Source: a bacterium
GTDB taxonomy: Bacteria > Patescibacteriota > Microgenomatia > Levybacterales > UBA12049
Assembly (NCBI GenBank): GCA_021784535.1
Contig: JAJYHW010000085.1
Span: forward strand, 1 to 44,119
DNA: 44,119 nt
Direction of reading: 5' to 3'
In this document: piece after piece, positions 7,592 to 16,066 of the stretch
Layout: every line of letters begins with the position of its first letter
How positions within the stretch are numbered: position 1 is the stretch's first letter
Position numbers and translations under genes: made by a program
The notes under the pieces: generated by a model
What the model saw: the letters and a program-made list of their open reading frames with translations, nothing else
Databases searched by the model: none
Told to the model about the DNA's origin: nothing

Positions 7592-9973
7592 ATGCAATTG
7601 CAAGCAATAACAACACAAAATATATTGAGTATTTTATTATCATTTTTCCTTATTATTGCAGGGATAGCAATTGTTGTTGCTGCTGGTTGGGGACTATTTT
7701 ATATTTTTGTTCTCTGGCTTCGGTATCGGGATCGTGAATCAATATCATTGAATTCTGTCCTGCTGCAGGTAACCGTGCCGCGGGAAAATGAAACAAAAAT
7801 TGATGTAGCAGAGCAGCTTTTTGAGAGCCTTTATGCACTCTATGGATCAACAAAATTTGAATATTTTAGACCGCAGCCGCATCTCTCTTTTGAAATTGTG
7901 GGATTGCCGGGAGATATCCGGTTTTATGTCAATGTCCCCGCGAAATACCGTGATTTTGTTGAAAAAGAGATTAACGGAGCCTATCCTGAAGCAGATATCT
8001 TACCGGTCAATGATCCTGCTGCCAAACAGCGCGACGGGGCGGTTATCGGAACTGAATACAATATCTTTTCTGACAACGGGAAGGTTGCCTTTATGTGGCT
8101 CAATCTGAAAAAAGCGAATTATTTACCCATAAAAGTGTATAAAGATTTACCTGTTGATCCACTCTCTTCTCTTACCTCGATTCTGGGAAAAATGCGTGAA
8201 GGCGAAGGCGCGGCGATTCAAATACTCATACAACCTGCCGGGAATAGCTGGAAAAAAGTAGGCCGCAGTTATATCGGAAGTGTTAAGAAGAATGAGTCAA
8301 ATCCGGAAAAAGCGAGTTATAAAGCTGACGCGAAAGAATTGGAGCAAATAGAGAACAAGCTGCAAAAAGCAGGATTTTATACCACAATTCGCGTGGTTGT
8401 TTGCGCTCAAACGCAAGAAGCGGCAAACGCGCATTTGAATAATATCAAGGGTGCATTTCATCAATTCAATAGCTTGAATGCTTTTAAAAAGCGCTGGCAA
8501 TTTTTTAGAGGATTATTCATGACTGATTTTATTTACCGTTATTTTCCGTTGGTCAGAGAGACGTCAATTCTTACGTCTGATGAACTGGCAACAATTTATC
8601 ATTTCCCCAATAAAAGCATTTTAACGCCGGGCATCCACTGGCTTCATGCCAAGCGCTCTGCTGCTCCTTCCAATCTCGCGACGACAGGACTCTATCTGGG
8701 AAGAAGTACGTTTCGCGGTCTTGCCCGGTCTGTTTTTGTTGAGCGTGACGACAGGCGGCGACACATGTACATTATCGGAAAGACTGGTACTGGTAAAACT
8801 GAATTTCTCAAAAGCATGATTATTCAGGATATCAATAATGGTGAGGGAGTTGCGGTTATTGATCCTCATGGAGATCTGGTAGAAGATATTTTGAAAATGA
8901 TCCCGCCCAAACGGGCTGAAGATGTGGTTCTTTTTGATCCGTCTGATTATGATCGCCCGATGGGATTTAATATGCTGGAAGCAGATACAGAGCAGCAAAA
9001 ACATTTCGCTGTCAATTCATTGATCGGTCTTATGTATAAATTGTTTGATCCGAACAAGACCGGTATTGTGGGGCCGCGCTTTGAACACGCAGTCCGTAAT
9101 GCCATGCTGACTGTTATGTACGAAAAAGGAAGTACCTTGATTGAGGTGATGCGCGTATTGACTGATCCGGCATATGTGCAGGAAGTTTTGCCAAAGGTGC
9201 AGGATCCGATTATTCGGCGATACTGGACTGATCAGATTGCTCAGACGTCAGATTTTCATAAATCCGAGGTACTTGATTATATTACTTCTAAGTTTGGCAG
9301 GTTTGTCACTAACAAAATGATCAGAAATATTATTGGGCAGTCTGACAGCGCGTTTAATTTCCGCAAAGTGATGGATGATCAAAAAATTCTGTTGATCAAT
9401 CTTTCAAAAGGTACGATTGGCGAGGAAAATTCAAATTTTTTGGGTCTGGTTCTGGTGCCAAAGATTCTCGTCGCTGCCATGTCGCGTCAGGATATGCCGA
9501 TGGATCAGCGAAAAGATTTCTTTTTATATGTTGATGAGTTTCAGAATTTTGCAACACCTGATTTTGCGCAGATTCTCTCTGAGGCTCGAAAGTATCGGCT
9601 CAATCTGATTGTTGCCAACCAGTTTATCGGACAGATGGAGGAAGAGATCAAAAATGCTATTTTTGGAAACGTAGGCACGGTTGCCTCTTTCCGAGTCGGA
9701 GTGACTGATGCAAATTATCTTGCCCATGAATTTCAGCCGATTTTTAACGAACAGGATTTAATCAATGTGGATAAGTTTAATTGCTATATGCGTACACTTG
9801 TTAGCGGAGAGCCAGTACGGCCCTTCTCTCTTGATACAACAAAAGATATTACCAGAGAAAAAGCTATGGAGAATCTGCGTGTCGCTGAGCTTGTAAAGGA
9901 ATTATCGCGGCTTAAATACGGAAAATCAGTTGCCACTGTTGAAGCAGAGATTGCTCAACGAGCAAGACTGTAA
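7592..9973 (+). CDS. TM-anchored P-loop ATPase of the TraD/TraG/VirD4 coupling-protein / HerA-FtsK-like type
   Basis: 793 aa with an N-terminal TM hairpin (ILSILLSFFLIIAGIAIVVAAGWGLFYIFVLWL). Walker A is IIGKTGTGKT and Walker B is FFLYVDEFQNF. The C-terminal LIVANQ...GNVGT segment is typical of the TraG-D_C region. Confidence 0.75.
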   Translation: MQLQAITTQNILSILLSFFLIIAGIAIVVAAGWGLFYIFVLWLRYRDRESISLNSVLLQVTVPRENETKIDVAEQLFESLYALYGSTKFEYFRPQPHLSFEIVGLPGDIRFYVNVPAKYRDFVEKEINGAYPEADILPVNDPAAKQRDGAVIGTEYNIFSDNGKVAFMWLNLKKANYLPIKVYKDLPVDPLSSLTSILGKMREGEGAAIQILIQPAGNSWKKVGRSYIGSVKKNESNPEKASYKADAKELEQIENKLQKAGFYTTIRVVVCAQTQEAANAHLNNIKGAFHQFNSLNAFKKRWQFFRGLFMTDFIYRYFPLVRETSILTSDELATIYHFPNKSILTPGIHWLHAKRSAAPSNLATTGLYLGRSTFRGLARSVFVERDDRRRHMYIIGKTGTGKTEFLKSMIIQDINNGEGVAVIDPHGDLVEDILKMIPPKRAEDVVLFDPSDYDRPMGFNMLEADTEQQKHFAVNSLIGLMYKLFDPNKTGIVGPRFEHAVRNAMLTVMYEKGSTLIEVMRVLTDPAYVQEVLPKVQDPIIRRYWTDQIAQTSDFHKSEVLDYITSKFGRFVTNKMIRNIIGQSDSAFNFRKVMDDQKILLINLSKGTIGEENSNFLGLVLVPKILVAAMSRQDMPMDQRKDFFLYVDEFQNFATPDFAQILSEARKYRLNLIVANQFIGQMEEEIKNAIFGNVGTVASFRVGVTDANYLAHEFQPIFNEQDLINVDKFNCYMRTLVSGEPVRPFSLDTTKDITREKAMENLRVAELVKELSRLKYGKSVATVEAEIAQRARL

Positions 9974-9981
9974 ATGCTCAT

Positions 9982-10215
9982 TCAATAGATATTCATTAGG
10001 AGGAAGAGGGTAATAAGAAATGCGGTAAATAGTGCTAAGGAAATGCTTATTTTTACCATACCTTTGAGATACTCAGGCGCCTGCAGTCCTATCTCTCTTG
10101 TCGCGTGCACAGTCCTAGTAAGATACAGCCAGCTAAAAAATACAATGATTGCTATACTCATCAGATAGCAAAGAAGGACAAGCATTTTTATATGAGTAAG
10201 CGTCAGCAACAACAT
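9982..10215 (-). CDS. Small two-TM membrane protein, hypothetical
   Basis: 77 aa with two hydrophobic helices. It lies 17 nt downstream of, and co-directional with, the 10233-10829 gene. Confidence 0.45.
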   Translation of the reverse strand: MLLLTLTHIKMLVLLCYLMSIAIIVFFSWLYLTRTVHATREIGLQAPEYLKGMVKISISLALFTAFLITLFLLMNIY

Positions 10216-10232
10216 AATTATTCCTTTCGTAT

Positions 10233-10829
10233 TTATCCGGCGCTATTGGCATTATGATGCCTGAACCAGATAGTATTTTGGATTATTTCAGCATGTGTCC
10301 CGTCCATGAGTTGCTGTGTCAGATAGGTTGCCAGCTCATGCGGAGCGCGCACGTCTTTAATAACAAATTCTTCCTGATGCGTAGGCCGGTCAAAGGTGAG
10401 AAGAACATCTCCAATGTCAAGTATTTCATTGATAATACCATTAGTCCTCATATCAATTTCAGTACAATTGACTCTATCCAGCATGACGTCATTGGCGACA
10501 TAAGAGGCGAGCGGCGTATAGCGGAGTTCAATGATTTTACGATTTGTCAATATATACATATGAAAATACCAGTCAATAAGTATTTTGGTAACCAAACTAA
10601 TTCCGATGCTTAAAAGAAGCATTGCCGTAACAAGAAGTAATGACTGAGAAACAAAAAAATCCTGAAAAAATATAAGTGCGATGGAGATAAGTAGAACAGT
10701 CAATAAGCAGGCCAAAAAAACAGGTATAATAATCACAAAAGGGTGTTGTCGCTTTACAAGAAGTAACCGTTCATCCTTAAGTGTCAGGAAAATATTCCAG
10801 TTTCCCCTAGTTATCATGCCATTTTGCAT
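10233..10829 (-). CDS. Membrane protein, hypothetical (two TM segments plus a soluble C-terminal domain)
   Basis: The ATG at 10829 was chosen because it is preceded by AAAGGAG at a 5-nt spacing. The TTG at 10859 has no such signal. Confidence 0.6.
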   Translation of the reverse strand: MQNGMITRGNWNIFLTLKDERLLLVKRQHPFVIIIPVFLACLLTVLLISIALIFFQDFFVSQSLLLVTAMLLLSIGISLVTKILIDWYFHMYILTNRKIIELRYTPLASYVANDVMLDRVNCTEIDMRTNGIINEILDIGDVLLTFDRPTHQEEFVIKDVRAPHELATYLTQQLMDGTHAEIIQNTIWFRHHNANSAG

Positions 10830-11002
10830 AGCTCTCCTTTCAATATAACCGATGCGCAAATATACTATAGAAAAATAAGTACGTTTTAAGGAGATCTAGC
10901 GCAAATCTCCTTTAGGATAATCCGCAGATATGAAATTTATATGATAAAAAGATAAGAAATGCGTAAGAAGGAAAAAAAGAATTGTGTCGCTTCCCCTGAT
11001 CT

Positions 11003-11941
11003 CTATTGATGTTGTATAAGAAATGTGTCCAATTTCTGATGTAGAGTCCCTAGTGTAAGAACGATGTTTTCTACAGCAATTTCAAAAATATTTTGTTTCC
11101 GGCATACCTGTGCAAGTGCTTCTTCGTCATTGACGGAGGGAGTGATTGCTGTATTGGTATACGGGTACATAATAGAATTGGGATTACTATTGTGACCAAG
11201 ACCAAGAGAGTGGCCCATTTCATGGGCGAGTGTATGGATGAGTTCGCGCTGCGAATTGGTGATAAAAATATCTATTTGTTCGCTTGTGCCGTTTCGGATA
11301 TATTCACCTTCTTCAGGAGTTAACGATAAGACAGAGTTAAACGCACTTATTTTATTATCAAGCTGATTTATTTGTTGATTATACGTCACTGTTGATTGAT
11401 TAAGCTGATTTGCTTCATTCTGAAGCCGTGTTGCTTCCTGCTGAAGAGATTGTTGTTGAGCGACAAGATTATTATATATATTTTGCGGTGCGCCGCCTTT
11501 GCTGTTCCAGTATTGAATTTCCTGATTTAACGCGTTACTTTTTTGTTTGAATTGCGCAACTTGTTGTTCGTAGCTGGATATTTCAGGCTTGAGTGTATTT
11601 TTTTGCTGCGTGACTTGATTGTTGAGTGTATTGATTTGCGAGTTAAGCGCCTGTCTCTGATCATAGATCATATTGATTGGCATGTTTGCGTTTGGATCAT
11701 ATTTTAAAAGTACCATTCCTTTATTATTTTTCCAAGCGCTTGCTGCTTTTTTGGCATCTGTGATTAATTCTTGTTTGGTAATCCCAAATCTCGGATCAAT
11801 AGTTCCGATACGAAATGTTTTGGGTGTATCGCAGGGAGATTGATAAAAGATCTGATTTGCTTTGTCAGCAAGTATGGTCCGGTTCTGGAAACCTATGAAG
11901 AGAAGTCCAAGAATAATGAGAAAAAAGATAGTTTTTTTCAT
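11003..11941 (-). CDS. Secreted matrixin-type (M10) zinc metalloprotease with a Q/N-rich coiled-coil insertion
   Basis: Signal peptide MKKTIFFLIILGLLFIGF. HEMGHSLGLGH (HExxHxxGxxH) followed by an IMYP Met-turn. A segment of about 110 aa is rich in Q, N and L with a heptad-like pattern. Confidence 0.85.
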   Translation of the reverse strand: MKKTIFFLIILGLLFIGFQNRTILADKANQIFYQSPCDTPKTFRIGTIDPRFGITKQELITDAKKAASAWKNNKGMVLLKYDPNANMPINMIYDQRQALNSQINTLNNQVTQQKNTLKPEISSYEQQVAQFKQKSNALNQEIQYWNSKGGAPQNIYNNLVAQQQSLQQEATRLQNEANQLNQSTVTYNQQINQLDNKISAFNSVLSLTPEEGEYIRNGTSEQIDIFITNSQRELIHTLAHEMGHSLGLGHNSNPNSIMYPYTNTAITPSVNDEEALAQVCRKQNIFEIAVENIVLTLGTLHQKLDTFLIQHQ

Positions 11942-11993
11942 TACTCACATTCTAGCCTAAGTAAGAAAAACTAGCAAGAAAAAGCGTAAGAGC

Positions 11994-12956
11994 TTATGTC
12001 TGTGGTAAGGTAGAGGCTGTTTTGTGAATTTTGGCAATAAAGAAACCTTCCATTGTAGCGTTTGGGAAGATTCGTTCGGTATTCTGCGTCGTGAGAAATC
12101 TTTTTTTCTTCCATGAAGGCAGACCGCTTTGTAATTGAACTCCTGGCAATGCAATTTTTTCAACAGTTAACGCATCGGGAGATTTATTAACAACCCATTC
12201 AATGACTTCTTCGTTTTCCTCAGGAGAAAGCGTGCACGATGAGTAGACAATGATTCCTCCTATCTTGGTAGCAGCAATTGCTGAACGCAGCAGATACTTT
12301 TGTAATTTGGATAATTGTTTTATTTTTTTTGTTGACCAGTCCTGATAGGTTTTTGGATCATCGCATGTGATGCGCCCTTCCATAGAACAGGGGGCATCAA
12401 CAAGTGCCCGATCAAAATATTCAGGAAGGTTCTTCCAGAATGATTCTCCAGGTAAATTTAGTACTTTTGTATTCGTTACTCCCATATGATTAAGGTTTTC
12501 CTTTAGTTTGAAAAGTCTCTTAAAGCTGAGATCATTCGCTGTCAATTCTCCTGTATTTTGCATCAGTGCGGCAATGTGAGTCGTTTTGCTTCCTGGAGCA
12601 GCTGTAAGATCAAGGACTTTTTCTTCAGGTTTTGGGTTCAATACGAGAGCAGGGATCATACTTGAGAGATTCTGAATATAGAGAAAACCTCTCTTATATT
12701 CCTTTGTTTCCGTTAATTCCCTGACCGATTTATTTTTTAGAATAAAAGCATCGGTGTACCAGTCCACTTTTTCTATTTCGAATCCTTGTTCTGTAAGTGA
12801 TGTCGTGAGTGTTTCTGAGTTTGTTTTTATTGTGTTTGTTCGGAAAGAAGGAAGCGGTTTTGTTTCAAATGCGTGTAGTAGGTGCTTGAAATCAGTATCT
12901 GTATATAACAGATGCAACCGTTCTATAAATTGTGATGGTAAATTATTACAGGTCAT
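11994..12956 (-). CDS. RsmB/NOP2/Sun-family RNA (cytosine-C5) methyltransferase
   Basis: Motifs DLTAAPGSKT, DAPCSMEGR and YSSCTLSPEENE. The ATG at 12956 was chosen because TATAAT (rc of 12963-12968) lies 6 nt upstream. An alternative ATG at 13010 cannot be excluded. Confidence 0.85.
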   Translation of the reverse strand: MTCNNLPSQFIERLHLLYTDTDFKHLLHAFETKPLPSFRTNTIKTNSETLTTSLTEQGFEIEKVDWYTDAFILKNKSVRELTETKEYKRGFLYIQNLSSMIPALVLNPKPEEKVLDLTAAPGSKTTHIAALMQNTGELTANDLSFKRLFKLKENLNHMGVTNTKVLNLPGESFWKNLPEYFDRALVDAPCSMEGRITCDDPKTYQDWSTKKIKQLSKLQKYLLRSAIAATKIGGIIVYSSCTLSPEENEEVIEWVVNKSPDALTVEKIALPGVQLQSGLPSWKKKRFLTTQNTERIFPNATMEGFFIAKIHKTASTLPQT

Positions 12957-13025
12957 TGAGTCATTATACAAGAAAAATTTCTTCGTTGCTTTGCTGAGGC
13001 ATAAAAACATGTTACAATACTTGTT

Positions 13026-14066
13026 ATGAACAAGAAGCGAGTATTATCAGGAATACGTGCAACAGGGAGATTACATCTCGGGAATTATTTTGGTGCAATA
13101 AAAGGAATGCTTACGCTGCAGGATGATCCCGAATTCGAAACTTTATATATGGTCGCGGACTTGCATACATTGACGACACCGTACCAAGTAGAAGAACTTC
13201 GTCAAAACCGTCGTGAGATTATCATTGATTATTTGGCAGCAGGTCTTGATCCTGAAAAAAGTATTTTATTCCAACAATCAGCAAATCCTCATCATGCAGA
13301 ATTCGCTTTTTATCTTTCAAGTGTCGTGACAATCGCTAAAATGCAGCATCTGCCGACGTTTAAAGATAAAGTAAAGCAATATCCGCAATATGTGACAATG
13401 GCACTATTAAATTATCCTGTTCTCATGGCAGCGGATATTCTTATTTATAAAGCATCTGATGTGCCGGTTGGGATTGATCAGGAGCCGCATTTGGAAGTCG
13501 CACGTGAAATAGCACGACGTATGAATCAGGATTATGGAACTGATTTTCCTGAACCGCAAATCTTTAAGACGATAGGTGAATATGTATCTTCTCTTACAGG
13601 TGAGGGGAAAATGAGTAAGTCGGTTGAGGGGAGTTATATCAACTTGACTGATGATTTGGAGACGATTAGGAAAAAAATTGCGAAGATTCCAACAGATTCG
13701 GGTAAGGGTATTATAGATAAAGGAGTTTATATCTCGCGATCAGCTATGCCTAATAATGGAGTAGTTGCAATTGCTCCTTCTAATGGTGTTAAAAATTTAA
13801 TGGAGTTTATAGAGTTATTTAAAGGAAAAGAAAGAAGGAAAGAGCTTGATAACCAATATCAGGATGTTGGATTGCGATATAGTGAAGTTAAAAATGAATT
13901 AGCGGAAGCAATTTATCAGGAATTGCAACCAATTCAGGAAAAACGACAAGAATTGGAAAATAATCCTCAAAAAGTTGATAGTATTATCTCAGTAGGAAAT
14001 GAAAAAGCGACGGTGCTTGCATCAGAGGTCGTAAAAGAAGTTAGAGAAAAAATGGGACTTTTGTAA
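13026..14066 (+). CDS. trpS: Tryptophan--tRNA ligase
   Basis: GRLHLGNYFGAIK (HIGH-type motif), KMSKS, and a class Ic layout. 346 aa. Confidence 0.92.
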   Translation: MNKKRVLSGIRATGRLHLGNYFGAIKGMLTLQDDPEFETLYMVADLHTLTTPYQVEELRQNRREIIIDYLAAGLDPEKSILFQQSANPHHAEFAFYLSSVVTIAKMQHLPTFKDKVKQYPQYVTMALLNYPVLMAADILIYKASDVPVGIDQEPHLEVAREIARRMNQDYGTDFPEPQIFKTIGEYVSSLTGEGKMSKSVEGSYINLTDDLETIRKKIAKIPTDSGKGIIDKGVYISRSAMPNNGVVAIAPSNGVKNLMEFIELFKGKERRKELDNQYQDVGLRYSEVKNELAEAIYQELQPIQEKRQELENNPQKVDSIISVGNEKATVLASEVVKEVREKMGLL

Positions 14067-14117
14067 TATCTTATTTAATAGGTTTCATTTATCGTACGTT
14101 ACGAAAAATTTTTCTCC

Positions 14118-14134
14118 GTTGCAAAGGTTGCAAC
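14118..14134. terminator. Short hairpin between convergent trpS and the EEP gene
   Basis: GTTGCAA-agg-TTGCAAC (7 bp), flanked on both sides by CGAAAAATTTTT. It is weak, and only its position suggests a terminator. Confidence 0.3.
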
Positions 14135-14189
14135 CGAAAAATTTTTATGCCTCGCTTTGCTAATACAATAAAAGAAGTTCAGATAATTG

Positions 14190-14960
14190 CTAAATAATAA
14201 TTTCCGTTCCTAGGCCGAAGTGGTCTGAAAGATTTTCGTCTACAACTTGAAACTTTTTTGCCTTAAGATCCTTGCTGGTAAATAGGTAATCCACTGCTAA
14301 ACCCTTGGGAAAAAGCTGCTTTGCTCGATGATTGGTGGGATTTAAAGTATTTGTAATGCCGTTTTCTACGATAAGGTTTTTTGTATATGCAGAGATTTTT
14401 TGCATCAGAGGCTGCTCTGGAGTAAGATTGAAATCACCGGTTAAGACAAATGGTGGTTCTACCGACTGTAAATAATTAAGGAGTATCTCTCCCTGTTTTG
14501 TTTGATGGTGTTTTTCAATATGGTCGCCGCCCCAAGCGAAATGAGTATTGAGAAATGAAATTTGTTTGCCATTGATTGCGAGAATTAGATGTAATAGTTT
14601 TCTTCCAACATGTTCATAAGCAGTTGAATCCTTTGGAAAAGGTTTGAATGAAGAAAGAACGACCTCTTGTATCCGAATAAGTGAAAATTGTTTTTTATAA
14701 AATGTGCCGTTTGCCATATATGCTTGGGGGCTTGAAGTATACCGTTGCGTAAGAGAGAGTTCTGCGTTGTATTTTTCCTGCAATATCTTTCGTAATTCAG
14801 TAAAGGTATCCCGTTTTGAGTTTATATTTCCAGATATTGTCCCTTTCCCAGTCAACTCCTGGAGCTGAAGAATATCAAATTCATGAGAGGTGAGATAGGG
14901 GATAAGCTTATCCCAATAGTTATCTGAATTAGTATTAAGCTGGAGTAGTTTAATTGTCAT
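14190..14960 (-). CDS. Endonuclease/exonuclease/phosphatase (EEP) family protein
   Basis: LQELT near the N-terminus, TGDFN, and a C-terminal SDHFGL motif. 256 aa. Confidence 0.8.
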   Translation of the reverse strand: MTIKLLQLNTNSDNYWDKLIPYLTSHEFDILQLQELTGKGTISGNINSKRDTFTELRKILQEKYNAELSLTQRYTSSPQAYMANGTFYKKQFSLIRIQEVVLSSFKPFPKDSTAYEHVGRKLLHLILAINGKQISFLNTHFAWGGDHIEKHHQTKQGEILLNYLQSVEPPFVLTGDFNLTPEQPLMQKISAYTKNLIVENGITNTLNPTNHRAKQLFPKGLAVDYLFTSKDLKAKKFQVVDENLSDHFGLGTEIII

Positions 14961-15036
14961 TTTTTAAGTATATCACTGGAAGTCTTATGATTTCTTAAGA
15001 AAGTTTTAAAGATAAATTTTTGTTAGAATACAAAAG

Positions 15037-16002
15037 ATGTTCTCTCGGCAAAAAATTATTGTTTTCCAAAAACATATTCTTGATTGGTACCATGAAAATC
15101 AGCGCCCTCTCCCATGGCGTAAAACCCGGGACCCCTATTGTATTCTCATATCAGAAGTTATGTCTCAGCAGACGCAGCTTTCTCGTGTCATTCCAAAATA
15201 TGAAGCATGGATTAAGAAATTTTCAACTGTGCAAAGTTTGGCAAAAGCAAAAGTATCGGAAGTGTTGGCATATTGGAGTGGACTCGGTTATAACAGGCGA
15301 GCGCTTAATTTGCAAAAAGCTGCTCAGAAAATTGCGCAGGAATATAAAGGGGCTTTTCCACGAACAGAAAAAGAACTTATTGCACTACCTGGGATAGGAA
15401 AATACACAGCGCGGGCGATTCTTTGTTTTGCATTTGATCAACAAGTGGCTGTTGTGGATACCAATGTGAAGAAGGTGATACTGACACAATTAATTAAAAA
15501 CTCGAATGCCGAAGCACGAAATCCTAAACAAATTCGAAATAATAATTGTCAAAGAACAAAACATGTAGAATTTGGAATATTGAAAAATTCAGAAATTATT
15601 TCGAATTTTGGATTTCGAATTTTGGATTTGCCCAAAAACGATGAAACGGAGAGGACGGATTTAAGTGATAAAGAGATAAATGAGATCGCCCAACAACTGC
15701 TTCCAGCAGACAAAGCGTATGAATGGAATCAGGCGCTTATGGATTATGCAGCAACAGTATTGAAGAAAGAAAAAATTCCAATTCCTAAGCAATCAAAATT
15801 TCATGGATCCCATCGGTATTATCGTGGGCAAGTGTTAAAAGTATTATTACAGAAGAAAAAAATTTTGGTAAAGGGTTTGGGTCCATTAATAAAAAAGGAT
15901 TATACAGATTCAGAGGAAGAGTGGCTTCAGCAATTGATAGATGAATTGGTGCATGAAGGATTTGTTAAATATGAAAAAACCATTATTACCCTCGCTTCTT
16001 AA
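15037..16002 (+). CDS. HhH-GPD DNA glycosylase, MutY/EndoIII-like, without the 4Fe-4S cysteine loop and carrying an in-frame repeat insertion
   Basis: WYHENQRPLPWR, LISEVMSQQTQ, GLGYNRRA, LPGIGKYTA and VVDTNV all match the MutY N-terminal domain. The region after NQALMDY contains no cysteine. Confidence 0.8.
   Translation: MFSRQKIIVFQKHILDWYHENQRPLPWRKTRDPYCILISEVMSQQTQLSRVIPKYEAWIKKFSTVQSLAKAKVSEVLAYWSGLGYNRRALNLQKAAQKIAQEYKGAFPRTEKELIALPGIGKYTARAILCFAFDQQVAVVDTNVKKVILTQLIKNSNAEARNPKQIRNNNCQRTKHVEFGILKNSEIISNFGFRILDLPKNDETERTDLSDKEINEIAQQLLPADKAYEWNQALMDYAATVLKKEKIPIPKQSKFHGSHRYYRGQVLKVLLQKKKILVKGLGPLIKKDYTDSEEEWLQQLIDELVHEGFVKYEKTIITLAS
15517..15630. repeat. 114-nt palindromic heptamer element inserted in frame in the glycosylase gene
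   Basis: 15530-15543 pairs with 15595-15608 (14 bp) and 15517-15524 pairs with 15610-15617 (8 bp), with a 51-nt loop. The right arm contains ATTTCGAATTTTGG twice. The element starts on a codon boundary and is 38 codons long. Confidence 0.75.
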
Positions 16003-16029
16003 ACGTGCTTAATAAGCCTATTTTGTCTA

Positions 16030-16058
16030 TTGTCAGGAGTATCCTATAAGAGTATAAT
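16030..16058 (+). promoter_or_regulatory. Sigma-70-like promoter directly abutting the start codon
   Basis: TTGTCA (16030-16035), 17-nt spacer, TATAAT (16053-16058), then 8 nt to the ATG at 16067. No SD. Confidence 0.5.
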
Positions 16059-16066
16059 CTTTTTTT

